Translations under genes and position numbers: made by a program
Source: Camelus ferus
Taxonomy: Eukaryota
Length of the DNA: 64,000 nucleotides
Direction: 5' to 3'
Assembly: GCF_009834535.1 (NCBI RefSeq)
Contig: NC_045696.1
Location: 44,022,001 to 44,086,000 of the forward strand
The notes under the pieces: model-generated
The model's input: the letters and a program-made list of their open reading frames with translations, nothing else
Database searches by the model: none
Told to the model about the DNA's origin: nothing
Shown: one piece after another, positions 1 to 12,612 of the stretch
How positions within the stretch are numbered: the first letter of the stretch is position 1
Layout: each line of letters opens with the position of its first letter

Positions 1-23
1 AATTTTTTGAACAACTAGAAAAG
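1..23 (+). CDS. Candidate 3' end of an exon of an unidentified gene (..FFEQLEK)
   Basis: AAG|GTGAGC donor at 24-29 with one open frame; the acceptor would lie outside the window. Confidence 0.25.
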
Positions 24-1383
24 GTGAGCACAGGGCTAATTGGTTTTTATCCATTATTCTCATTTAATTATTAACCTAACCCCTTGAGGAAGTTGTATTA
101 TGATCTCCATTTATTTAAAAAAAATTGTGAAATGCCTACAGATACACAGCTAAACTGTGGAATGAAAGGGATCCAGGTTATTTGATTCAGACCTGTACCC
201 TTAATCACAAAGTAGTAAGAAGTCCCCAATTAATAATCCATTCTTTTACTGTGGAAAAGTTACACATTTCTGCTTCTTTTTGTAAGTCCTGACAGAACTC
301 TGAAGTATGTAATCATGCTAGATCTTTCAACCAAGCCTCCATAAATATGTGAACCCAGTCTCAATTTTCAGTTATGAAAACAATGCTTGTTCATGTTTTT
401 GTATTCCTTCTTTTAATGGGACTCCTGCCACAAGTTTCAGGTTTGTGCCAGATGGTTATAAATTGAAAAACAAATAAACAGAGAAATAAAATACCCTTAT
501 TCTTCTGCTCCCTAGCCACAAGTATCCAATAAAAACAATAGAGAGCAGATTAGTTCTGATAATTAATAGACTATTTTACCAGCTAGAATGTTTGCTTAAG
601 AAAAATCTAGCAAAAAAGCTTTATGCAGGACTAGAGAATGAGTGTCTTTTTTATGAAGTAAGGGAAAATACCTTCCAAACAAAGGTGAAACTTAAAAAAT
701 ATGTTTCTAGAAATGAAATAGTTTATGTCAGTTAAGTTCTAAGCAACTCATTGATACTGGAGGTTGGTTGGAGATGGTGATAGTGGAAGAGGAATTTTAC
801 TGAACCATAAAAAATATGTCAAATGATTGAACTCTCTTTTGACCTGTTCTTCATCATTGTCAGCCTACTTTTTTCATTACATTTAAGAATTTAACAGAGA
901 AAAGACAGAATCAATCTTCAAAAATGCCAGAAGAAAATGGATGTGTCTTCATTCCTTTTGCAAATATTCTCCCTTGTTATGAGGAAGGAAAGCCATTCTG
1001 ACAGAAAAAGTGAAGATTGTGCTCCCTGTATCTCTTTTCTTTATTCAGTCCCATCTCTCATCCTCTGTCTGCCTTGTCAAATTTCATAGTCATTCCTTTA
1101 CCTTTTCTCATTAAGCTTTTTACCATTTTTCAGATCATTCCCATTCTTCTTAACAATCTCTTTTCTTCATTCTGTTCACAAAATGCACTATATTTCATTT
1201 TTACACAGTATATATTTTCTTTTTTTCTTCACTATGACACTAATTCCTTACTTCTAAATTGAGTAATAGGAAATTGAATCACTACCTATTTCCTTCTGGT
1301 CTAAGTGAAATAGCCAAAAATCAATAACTGGAGACAGGTCAACCAAAGGCCTTGTAGGAGAATATTGATCAGGGAAGCAGCTA

Positions 1384-1387
<4 letters not shown>

Positions 1388-1444
<57 letters not shown>

Positions 1445-1550
1445 TGTGTGTCTGTGTCTGTGTGTCTGTGTGTATGTCTATGTGTGGTGTAGATTGGTAA
1501 TTGTGTGCCTGTGTATATATGATGTTTGTGTATGCATGTGTCTGTGGTGA
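1388..1550. repeat. (TG)n microsatellite with degenerate extension
   Basis: About 27 perfect TG units followed by TG/TC/TA-degenerate sequence. Confidence 0.97.
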
Positions 1551-2107
1551 GTGTTTGATAGTAAAATACTTAATGTCTAGATAACTCATGTCAGGCCTTT
1601 CAAAAAATGGTAACTGACTTGGTCTCGAGTAGATTTTAAGATTTGTCTTAAATTTAACCACAGCAGAAAATATTTTTAAAAATAGCCTTGCAAAAGTAAT
1701 TAATGAAGGAAGTGAGTAAATTAATTATTTTGTTTGCATATTACAATTAATAATGTAATTTTACTAGTGAGACAATTTAATAACCCCATTTCTCCTTTTT
1801 ATTCATTGCATATAGAAAAAGGCAGTCTCCATTTAAAAAAAGAAGTTGTTTCAGTTTCATGCTTTTCCATATTGTGGTCATTATGAGATCAATGAAGCTT
1901 CTATATGTCCAATCCAATTAAGCGTTAAAATAGTTATGACAAAAAAATCTGATGATTATAATGATCTTACTGGATTGACTATGGGGAAATTCCATTGTTG
2001 GCATCTGAAAAGTTATTATAATCAGGACTGGAATACTCGCCTGGATACTAGATTCAATCAGGCATATATACATGGCCATGGCTTTAGTGCATTCTCTTAA
2101 ATATATG

Positions 2108-3852
2108 CTTTTTTTTTTGAAGTATAGTTGATTTGCATTGTTGTGTTATTTTCAGATGTAAAGCAAAATGATTCAGTTATTCATATATATATATATATAT
2201 TATTTTTCAGATTTTTTTCCATTATAGGTTATTACAAAATATTGCATATATTTCCCTGTGCTATAGAGTAGGGCCTTGTTTATCTATTTTATATATAATA
2301 GTGTGTATCTGTTAATTCTACACTCCTAATTTCTCTCTCCCCCTTCCCTTTTTCCCCATTTGTTCTCTATGTCTGTGGTCTATTTCTGTTTTGTAAGTAA
2401 GTTTATTTGTATCATTTATTTTTAGATTCCACATGTAAGTGATACCATATGATATTTGTCTTTGATTTACTTCACTTAGTATGATAATCTCTAGATCCAT
2501 CCGTGTTGCTGCAAATGGCATTATTTCATTATTTTTAATGGCTGAGAAATATTCCATTGTGTATATACACTGCACTTTCTTTATCCATCCACTTGTTGAT
2601 GGATGTTTAGGTTGCTGGCTATTGTAAATAGTGCTGCTATGAACACTGGGGTGCGTGTATTCTTTCAAATTAGAATTTTCATCTTTTCTTGATATATGCC
2701 CAGGAATGGGATTGCTGGTTATCACATGGTAACTCTATTTTTAAGGAACATTCATACTGTTCTCCATAGTGGCTGCACCAATTTACATTTCCATCAACAG
2801 TGTAGGAGGGTTCCCTTTTCTCCACACCCTGTCTAGTATTTATTATTTGTAGGCTTTTTGATGATGGGCCATTCTGATCAGCATGAGGTGATATACCTCA
2901 TTGTAGTTTTGATTTGCATTTCTCTAATAATTAGTGATATTGAACATCTTTTCATGTTCCTGTTGGCCATCTTCATATCTTCTCTGGATAAATGCCTATT
3001 TAGGTGTTTGGCCCATGTTTTGATTGGGTTTTTTTTTTTTTTTTTTTTTTTGATATTGAGCTGTTTGTGAATTTTGGAATTAGTCCCTTGTTGGTTGCAT
3101 CATTTGTAGATATTTTCTCCCATTCAGTAGGTTGTCTTTTCATTTTCTTTATGGTTTCCTTTGCTGAGTAAAAACTTTTAAGTTTAATTAGATGCTACTT
3201 ATTTATTTTTGCTTTTGTTTCCATTACTCTAGGAGACAGATCTAAAAAACTAATGGCTGCAATTTATGTCAAAGAGTTCTGCCTGTGTTTGCCTCTAGGA
3301 GTTTTATGGTATCCAATCCTACATTTAGGTCTTTAATCCATTTTGAGTTTATTTTTGTATATGGTGTTAGAGAATGTTCTTATTTCATTATTTTACTTGT
3401 AGCTGTCCAGTTTACCCAGCACCACTCATTGAAGAGACTGACTTTTCTCTATTGTATATTTTTCCCTCCTTTGTCTAGATTAATTGACTATAAGTGCATG
3501 AGTTTACTTCTGGATTTTCTATCCTGTTCCATTGATCTATGTGTCTATTTTTGTGCCAGAACCATACTGTTTTGGTTACTATGGCTTTGTAGTATACTCT
3601 GAAATCAGGTAGTGTGATTCCTCCAACTCTGTTCTTCTTTCTCAAGATTGTTTTGGCTATTCAGACTCTTTTGTGTTTATATACAAATTTAAATTTTTCT
3701 TTTCTAGTTCTGTGAAAAATGCCTTTGGTAATTTGATAGGGATTGCATTGAATCTGTAGATTGCCTTGAGTAGTATGGCCATTTTAACAATACTGATTTT
3801 TCCAATCCAAGAACATGGTATATCTTTCCATCTCTTTATGTTGTCTTCCAAT
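2108..3852 (-). mobile_element. 5'-truncated LINE-1 (ORF2 C-terminus + 3'UTR)
   Basis: Poly(T) at ~2108-2118. Track ORFs 2318-2725 (YTMEYFSAIK, DLEIIILSEV) and 3657-3875 ([24 protein letters not shown]). A degenerate TSD-like AAATATATGCTTT / AAAATATGTTTT flanks it. Confidence 0.9.
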
Positions 3853-4125
3853 TTAAAATATGTTTTAAATATCACTTCTACAGTCTATTGATTTGTGAGC
3901 AACAATTTTTAAAACTTCCATTTTCTAGGCTAATGCTAAAAAGGTAAAAATGCTCATTTCAATAAATATTGCAATAAAATTAATAAATGGTATTTTCTTT
4001 GGAAGCTGAAAGTAGATATCAAACAACTTGTGTCTCTCAATATAAAATCCTTGGTTGGTGTTTCTAGTCTTCTAGCCTTACTTTAAAACTTACTTTTTGG
4101 ACCAGATGCTCTTTCTAAAAGGTAG

Positions 4126-4168
4126 TCTCACAAGTTTGCCTATCTCAGAAAAAGCAAGCGCGAGAGAG
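4126..4168 (+). CDS. Candidate short exon (SHKFAYLRKSKRER, phase 0->1); acceptor choice uncertain (4106/4122/4126)
   Basis: GAG|GTAAGA donor, local CpG retention (GCGCG) and several upstream AGs after a T-rich tract. Confidence 0.3.
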
Positions 4169-4213
4169 GTAAGATGAACAGGTCGTGGTGTTTTCTGATA
4201 TTTTTCTTGGCAG

Positions 4214-4238
4214 AAATTATGAAGAACCTAATGTTGAG
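4214..4238 (+). CDS. Candidate 25-bp micro-exon
   Basis: TTTTTCTTGGCAG| acceptor and GAG|GTAAGT consensus donor. Confidence 0.3.
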
Positions 4239-5087
4239 GTAAGTAAGCCCTTTGGAACTTAAAGGAAGTCACATTCCTTATTTGATTCCACACAAATATT
4301 TCTACTCTATTGATCAATGCATGATCTAAGAAATTGTTCTGGCTCCATCCTCAAAATACCCATCACCTTCTCTTATTTTTTCTCTTGTGTAGCTATCTTG
4401 GAAACTGGCATCAAAATTACATATAAATCGTTAACATTGGAGACATCATTGAAGGCAATAAATTTGGAATCAGAAATTAGGAGATTTTTGAAATATTCAG
4501 TGGAAAGGAACAGTAATTCTGAAAGTATTTTGAATGTAGAATCAGCATGACTTGGTCAATAACTGAATGTGAGAAAGTAAGGGATAGTTGAATCAAGTGG
4601 CTTATCTCTTAGTTCACTGGGGTTGAGCATAATTTAAATCAAAATTATTTGGAAATGGTGTACAGCCTATAACAATGTTGAAGTACACATAATGATACTT
4701 TAGAATAAATTCCCAGAAATAATATTGAAGGGTATGCTTTTTAAAAAAATATTTATTCTTATTTTTAAATTTACAGCCTTTCAAAATGAATAAAATTAAA
4801 GATAGAATTATAGATTTTCTTTTAGACAGTATATCAGAAATCTGGCAATGGCTATGTCCTGTCTATGGTGTTTGCCTCTGATTGTTAGTTTTATGTAGAT
4901 AATTGTATTTAGAGTTGAAAGAGGTTATTAATAGTGTAAGATTATTATCCATTGTTGTAATACTTGACTTCTTCAAATCTCCCCATCTAGTTTCAACCAG
5001 TTTATATGTGAACATATTCAGTGATATAAAATGTACTACCCCAATATGCCATTCCAGCATGGGAATTCTCTCACCACAGTCTTCCTT

Positions 5088-5096
5088 ACATATACA

Positions 5097-5132
<36 letters not shown>

Positions 5133-5210
5133 TATGTATATATACATAAATATATATATAAATATATATATATTTACACACACACACACACACACATATA
5201 GATATATATC
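5088..5210. repeat. Compound (TACA)n-(TA)n-(CA)n microsatellite
   Basis: Read directly from the sequence. Confidence 0.95.
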
Positions 5211-6011
5211 CTTTGTCTGGTCCTTGCTTATTGCTTTAGGGACCAACCAATCAAGTTTAATATGTTTTCTGCATGAGAGATAAAATGTATTTAATGGGTG
5301 TTTGGTTTCTCCTATTTTTCTTCTTCTTCTTTTTTTTTTTTTTTTTTTTTTGTTTTGCTTTGTTTTGCTTTACCTATCTTCATATAATATGATTTAAAAT
5401 CCTACCAGAGTTTGGTCACTTTTCTTTTTAAATATGCTACCTATAAATTAAAATAATACTTTGTGTATAAATTTGCATTGCATTTATTTGTGTAAACATC
5501 CAATTGTTGAATCATAGTAAGATTTACTACATTAAATCAGTTCCCTTTTAACATGATTTTTTTTAATCTATATATTTCTAATTGTATTCTGTGCTTGTTT
5601 GATCTCTGTCTTTCTGTTTCTCTTTCTCTCTCTTTTCTCCTCTGTTTTACTTTGCAATGTGGATTATAAAGTCAGGAAATAGGAATATAAGAGTGGATAA
5701 TTCAGTACAAGATAACCCAGTATTTTTTTTAATGTTAATTTTTCTTGACTACTTTGTAAGATATGGGACCACCCTTTCAGTACTGTTTCCCATAAATTGG
5801 ACAAGCTGTTACGTGTGCAAATTTTGTAAAGAAATATTAAATGATGTAATAGCCTAACTAATCATATGATTTTTAATATAGTAACAAATTGCTTATGTAG
5901 AATGAAGATTTTATCTGTAAATTCACCCGGACATTTTTCTCCCTGTGGAAAATCCCTGACTGACAATATTTCATGCTACCTCATCTCTATTCTGAGATTC
6001 AAAACTTTTCC

Positions 6012-6830
6012 ATTTTATTTATTCATTCAATAATATTTACATCAGTAATCAAGTTTGTGACAGGAGTTTTCTAGGTACTGGGAATAAATTGATAAACAAA
6101 ATATCCCTATGCTGCTGGAGCTTGAACCTAGGAGGGAGAAAAAGACAATAAACAAACAATTGAAATCATAGTCTGTCGTATGGTGATAAAGACTAGGGAA
6201 TAACTTGAGCAGGAAGGAGCATTAGAAAATGCAAAGGCTGGGGTACAATTGTTAATAAGATGTGCAGACAAGACCTCGTTGTCAAGGGGTCATTTGTGTA
6301 AAAACCTGAAGGAGAGACAGGAAAATGAGCCATTCATAGATCTGGCTAAAGAGCATTTGAGGCTTAGGAAAGAGCCAGTGCAGACTCCATAAGGTGGATG
6401 CTAGCCTGGCAGGGAAGCCAGTATGATTTGGGAGAGAATGGCAAGTGTGGTTAGAAATGAGTAAATACTCATCCCTGAAGGTGACTTCCTGTAGGGTCTT
6501 TGGCTTTTACTCTCAGTGAGATGGGAATCTATTGGGAGTTTGAGAAGTAAAATTTCATTAATTAGTCTTAAATGAAGATATAGTCATCTTTTTTTTAGCT
6601 TTATTGATATGTAATTCACAAATAAAGTTGTAAGATACTTAAAGATTTGATATATGCATATATTGGAAAAGGGTTTTCCCATCAAGTTAATTAACAGTCC
6701 ATCACCTCCCTTTTCTTTCTGGGTTTGTTTGTTTGTTTTTGGTAGGAAGTCTTATATTCTTAAAGGATTGCTCTGGCACTATTCTCTTGGAAATAGGCTC
6801 TAGGAGGGCAAGGGAAGGGTAAAAGCTGAC
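6012..6830 (-). mobile_element. L2 fragment (3' end)
   Basis: TTCATTCAATAATATTTAC is the antisense L2 tail, followed by purine-rich antisense L2 body (GGCTTTTACTCTCAGTGAGATGGGAA). Confidence 0.75.
6588..6745 (-). mobile_element. Short L1 3'-end fragment inserted in L2
   Basis: Poly(T) followed by sequence similar to the 39030 L1 tail (CCCATCAAGTTAATTAACAGTCCATCACC vs CCATCTAGGTAATTAACACATCCATCCCC). Confidence 0.7.
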
Positions 6831-6998
6831 ACAGTGACAAAGTCTGATGTTATATTTTTGCAGCATTTCTATGCTTGGAATTTTATGTTGCCAAGCATTG
6901 CCTTATGTTGCTACTTATTTATGGCTGCATAAAATCCTTTTCCACAATTACGTCACGTGGTGTTCTGTGGTTTTCTTTGACATTACAACTGATAAAAG

Positions 6999-7032
6999 GC
7001 ATGGTCCCCTTGAGGAGAGCTAAAACACAAAG
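6999..7032 (+). CDS. Candidate 34-bp exon (MVPLRRAKTQ, phase 1->2)
   Basis: AAG|GTGAGT donor, upstream T-rich tract with an AAAG| acceptor, and only one open frame. Confidence 0.35.
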
Positions 7033-7744
7033 GTGAGTAACAAGTTAATTACAGAAGCTCCTGCTATGTTTTATAAGCTTTAATTAAGCCCTGCTATATC
7101 CTTCTGTAATGCACAATTACTATTAAACCTATTTTGCAGCGGGTGAAAATGAGGCAAGCTGTAAGCTAACCAATTAAAAAAGTTCCAAGATCAGAATTAT
7201 TTTTCTCCGTAAAAAAAGGGACCATACTTCTCCAAAGATGAAAAACTGTTTTTATCTGCATCATTTATTTCATACTATTTTCCTGATGTTCCGTTTTTGG
7301 ATTATAGACTTTCTTCTCTAGGAGAGAATGAGGACATAGTGTCATGTGAGGTGCTGAATTGAGCTCTGAAGTTCATACATGGTAGGTGAACTGTTGGAGA
7401 TTAATTGCTTACTGACACTGTCACTGCTGAGCACTCAGATGTTTTAGCTTTGCTGGTTTCAGGTTTAATGAAACCTCACTATCAAAGCATTTGGGCTACT
7501 GGAAAATTATCCATGCAGCTGAAGAGGAGGGTAGGGATGTGAGGAAACAAATTTAGTAGCCAAACCCGGGGATTATAAGGCATTTACCTGTGAGAGGTAG
7601 TCTAAATGATATAAAAGTTGTTTGGAAATCACTGAGTATTAGATATTTTGAGATCTTTGATTCATTTTGTCAAAAGTATTTTGAGACTAACCTTTCTTTT
7701 GAGATCTGTGCTCTATACATGGGAGATAAGAAGAAAGTAACGTA

Positions 7745-7990
7745 AGGTCATAGTTTAGAACATAGGCACAGAAGTCAGACAAATCTTGTGTTTAAATGTA
7801 GCCTCTGCCATTCAATAGATGTATTCTCTTGTAAACATTACTAAACTTCTCCATGTCTCATTTATTTAGCTACAAAATGGGAATAATAATTATAACATCT
7901 ACTTCACTGAGTTTTGTAAGACCTGAAATAGAAAATATGTGTTAAGTAGAACATAATAAATGCTCAATGTTGTATGATTGCTATTGTTAT
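7745..7990 (+). mobile_element. MIR SINE
   Basis: AGTCAGACAAATCTTGTGTTTAAAT...TACAAAATGGGAATAATAAT...AATAAATGCTCAAT, MIR core and tail. Confidence 0.8.
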
Positions 7991-8395
7991 TTTTACTATC
8001 ACTGTTAATATTATCTTTACATAAGACATGTTCCTGCCTCAAGGAGTCCTGAATTTTATTTTATTTTATTTATTTATTTTAAACATTTTTATTGAGTTAT
8101 AGTCACTTTACAATGTTGTGTCAAATTCCACTGTAGAGCACAATTTTTCAGTTATACATGAACATAATATATTCATTGTCACTTTTTTTTTTTTTGCTGT
8201 GAGCTACCACAAGATCTTGTATATATTTCCCCGTGCTGTACAGTATAATCTTGTTTATATATTCTACATATACCTGTCAGTATTTACAAATTTTGAACTC
8301 CCAGTCTATCCCTTCCCACCCGCCTCCACCTTGGCAACCACAAGTTTGTATTCTATGTCTATGAGTCTGTTTCTGTTTTGTATTTATGTTCTTTT

Positions 8396-11300
8396 TTAGA
8401 TTCAACATATGAGCGATCTCATATGGTATTTTTCTTTCTCTTTCTGGCTTACTTCACTTAGAATGACATTCTCCAGGAACATCCATGTTGCTGCATATGG
8501 CATTATGTTGTCGGTATTTTATGGCTGAATAGTATTCCATTGTATAAATATACCACTTCTTCTTTATCCAGTCATCTGTTGATGGACATTTAGGCTGTTT
8601 CCATGTCTTGGCTATTGTAAACAGTGCTGCTATGAACATTGGGGTGCAGGTGTCATTTTGAAGTAGGGTTCCTTCTGGATATATGCCCAGGAGCAGGATT
8701 CCTGGGTCATATGGTAAGTCTATTCCTAGTCTTTTGAGGAATCCCCATACTGTATTCCACAGTGGCTCTACCAAACTGCATTCCCACCAGCAGTGTAGGA
8801 GGGTTCCCTTTTCTCCACAGCCTCTCCAGGATTTGTCATTTGTGGACTTGTGAATGATGGCCATTCTGACTGGTCTGAGGTGATACCTCATTGTAGTTTT
8901 GATCTGCATTTCTCTGATAACTAGTGATATTGAGCATTTTTCATGTGCCTATTTATCATTTGTATTTCTTCCTTGGAGAATTGCTTGTTTAGGTCTTCTG
9001 CCCATTTTTGGATTGGGTTGTTTGTTTTTTTCTGATTAAGTCATATGAGCTGCTTATATATTCTGGAGATGAAGCCTTTGTAGGTTTCATTTGCAAAAAT
9101 TATCTCTCATTCCGTAGGTTGTCGTTTTGTTTTACTTATGGTTTCCTTTGCTGTGCAGAAGCTTGTAAGTTTAATTAGGTCCCATTTGTTTATTATTGCT
9201 TTTATTTTTATTGCCTGGGTAGACTGTTCTAGGAGAACATTTTTGAGATATATGTCAGATAATGTTTTGCCTATATTTTCTTCAATGAGGTTTATTGTAT
9301 CTTGTCTTATGTTTAAGTCTTTGATCCATTTTGAGTTGATTTTTGTGTATGGTGTAAGGGAGTATTCTAGCTTCAATGCTTCACATGCTGCTGTCCAGTT
9401 TTGCCAACACCATTTGCTGATGAGACTGTCTTTATTCCATTGTATGTTCTTGCCTCCTTTGTCGAAGATTAGTTGACCAAAAGTTTGTGGGTTCATTTCT
9501 GGGCTCTCTATTCTGTTCCATTGGTCTATATGTCTGTTTTTGTACCAATACCATGCTGTCTTGATGACTGTAGCTCTATAGTATTGTCTGAAGTCTGGGA
9601 GAGTTATTCCTCCAGCCTCTTTCTTTCTCTTCAGTAATGCTTTGGCAATTCTAGGTGTTTGATGGTTCCACATAAATTTTATTATGATTTGTTCTAGTTC
9701 TGTGAAATATGTCCTGGGTAATTTGATAGGGATTGCATTAAATCTGTAGATTGCCTTGGGCAGTGTGACCATTTTAACAATATTGATTCTTCCAATCCAA
9801 GAGCATGGGATGTCTTTCCATTTTTTAAAGTCTTCTTTAATTTCCTTCATCAATGGTTTATAGTTTTCTGTGTATAATTCTTTTACCTCTTTGGTTAGAT
9901 GTATTCCTAGGTATTTTATTACTTTGGGTGCTATTTTAAAGGGGATTGTTTCTTTACTTTCTTCTTCTGTTGATTCATCGTTAGTGTAAAGAAATGCAAC
10001 TGATTTTGGAACGTTAATCTTGTATCCTGCTACCTTGCTGAATTCTTCGATCAGCTCTAGTAGTTTTTATGTGGGCCTTTTAGGGTTTTCTATGTATTGT
10101 AACATGTCGTCAGCATATAGTGACACTTTTACCTCTTCTTTTCCAATTTGGATCCCTTTTATTTCTCTCTCTTGCCTGATTGCTGTGGCTAGGACTTCCA
10201 AGACTATGTTGAATAGGAGTGGTGATAGTGGGCATCCTTGTCTTGTCCCAGATTTTAGAGGGAAGCTTTTGAGTTTTTCATTTTTAAGTACTATGCTGGC
10301 TATAGGTTTGTCATATATAGCTTTTATTATGTTGAGATATGTTCCCTCTGTACCCACTTTGGTGAGAATTTTTATCATAAATGAGTGTTGAGTTTTATCA
10401 AATGCTTTTTCTGCATCTATTGAGATGATCACATGGTTTTCGTCCTTTCTCTTGTTGATGTGATGTATTACATTGATTGATTTGTGTATGTTAAAACACC
10501 CTTGTGTGCCTGGGATGAACCCCACTTGGTCATGATATATAATGTTTTTTATGTGCTGTTGGATTCTATTTGCTAATATTTTGGTGAGGACTTTTACATC
10601 TATGTTCATCAGTGATATTGGCCTATAATTCTCTTTTTTGGTAGTGTCTTTGCCTGGTTTTGGTATCAGGGTGATGGCGGCTTCATAGAATGAGTTTGGG
10701 GGTATTCCCTCCTTTTCAATCTTCTGGAAGAGTTTGAGAAGGACTGGTATGAGTTCTTCTTTGTATGTTTGGTAGAATTCCCCGATGAAGCCATCCAGTC
10801 CTGGACTTTTATTTGCAGGAAGGTTTTTTATTGCTAATTAGATTTCATTTCTAGTGATTGGTTTGTTCAAGTGGTCAGTTTCTCCTTGGTTCAGTCTTGG
10901 TGGACTGTATGTTTCCAGAAACTTGTCCATCTCCTCTAGGTTATCCATTTTGGGTCCATATAGTTTTTCATAATATTCTCATATGATATTCTGTATTTCT
11001 ATGTTATTTGTTGCAATTTCTCCAGTTTCCTTTCTTATTAGGCTAACTTGTGCTCTCTGTTTTTTCTTCTTTGTGAGTTTGGCCAGAGGTTTGTTGATTT
11101 TATTTACTCTTTCAAAAAACCAGCTTTTGGTTTGATTGATTTTTTTCTATTTTTTTAAATCTCTATTTTATTTATTTCCTCCCTGATCTTTATTATTTCC
11201 TTCCTTCTGCTGACTTTTGAGATTTTTGCTCTTCTTTTTCTAATTCTTTTAGCTGATGGGTTAGATTGTTTATTTGAGATTGTTCTTCTTTTTTAAGGAA

Positions 11301-12210
11301 GGCCTGTATCGCTATAAACTTCCCTCTTAGCCCTGCCTTTCCTGTGTCCCATACATTTTGTGTGGTTGTGTTTTCATTTTCGTTTGTCTTAAGGTATTTT
11401 TTAATTTCAACTTTGATTTCATCATTGACCCATTGTTTTTTTGATATCATATTGTTTAATCTCCATGCTTTCCATTTTTTCTCCTTTGTTTCTCTGTACT
11501 TGATTTCCAGTTTCGTGGCATTGTGATCAGTAAAGATGCTTGAGATAATTTCTATCTTCTTAAAATTGTTGAGGCTTCTTTTGTGCCCAAGTATATGATC
11601 AATCCTAGAAAATGTTCCATGTGCACTTGAAAAGAATGTATATCCTATTTTGGGGGGATGTAATGCTCTGAAAATATCCACCAACTCTAATTTTTCTATT
11701 GTATCATTTAATTTCTCTGTTGCCTTATTTATTTTCTGTCTGGAAGATTTGTCTAGTGATGTTAATGCAGTGTTAAACTCTCCGACAATGATTGTATTCC
11801 CATCAATTTCCCTGTTTATCTCTATTAGTGATTGTTTTATGTACTTAGGTGCTCCTTTATTGGATGCATATATATTAACGAGTGTAATATCCTCATCTTG
11901 TATTACTCCTTCAATCATCATAAAATGTCCTTCTTTATCTTTCTTTATGGCGTTTTCTTATAAAGTCTATTTTGTCTGAAATCAGTAATGATACACCTGC
12001 ATTTCTGGCTTTTCCATTTGCATGGAATATCCTTTTCTATCCTTTCACTCTTAATCTATATGTGTCCTTCTCCCTAAAATGGGTCCCTTGTATGCAGCAT
12101 ATTGAAGGTTCTTGTTTTATTATCCAGTCTGCCACTCTAAGTCTTTTGACTGGAGCATTTAGTCCATTAACTTTTACAGTAATTAATGATAGATGAGTGT
12201 TTATTGCCAT
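8396..12210 (-). pseudogene. L1 ORF2p (APE endonuclease + reverse transcriptase + C-terminal Cys-rich domain), disrupted by stops/frameshifts
   Basis: Starts MAINTHLSLITVKVNGLNAPVKR at 12210. Track ORFs give 11193-11921 (EN: FFSSAHGTFSRIDHILG), 10067-10609 ([24 protein letters not shown]), 9107-9853 ([12 protein letters not shown]) and 8454-8909 ([14 protein letters not shown]). An in-frame TAG occurs early in EN and the frame is fragmented. Confidence 0.93.
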
Positions 12211-12612
12211 TTTGAACTTATTTTTGGGGTTGCTTTGGTATGTCCTCTTTGTTCCTTTCTTCTTCCTTTTGTGGTTTGGTAATTTTCCTTTGTATTATCT
12301 TGGATTTTATTTAGTTTTTGTGACTCACCTGTAAGTTTTTGGCTTGTGGTTATCCTTTTTTGTAAGTCTATTAACCCATTACTATAACTGTTTGTATTAA
12401 AGATATAGTAATATAAGCTCAAACCCATCCTACTGAGAACAAAATATTTAAAAAAGAAAAATACTCTATTTTTTCTTGCTTCCCTCTCCCACTCTTAATG
12501 ATTTAGATGTCTTCTTTTATAGTTTTGTCTTTATCCTATTTGTAATTCATGATAGTTATCACCTTTCCAGTTATGAGTTTCTCATTTCTGTAGCATCCTG
12601 CTTCTTTTCTAT

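Noticed and set aside
1254..1661. 135-aa and 61-aa ORFs with HT/VC repeats
   Set aside because: These are translations of the (TG)n microsatellite.
4863..5283. Overlapping 126/127-aa ORFs
   Set aside because: They are held open by the TACA/TA/CA microsatellite and are not protein-like.
5672..5748. Possible exon starting SGNRNIRVDNSVQDNP after a long pyrimidine tract
   Set aside because: Donor is weak (CCA|GTATTT at ~5720) and the acceptor ambiguous; it does not fit the phase chain without extra assumptions.
8396..12210. Reverse transcriptase as part of a novel retron/DGR/defence-like system
   Set aside because: It is ordinary mammalian L1 ORF2p with inactivating mutations in eukaryotic DNA.
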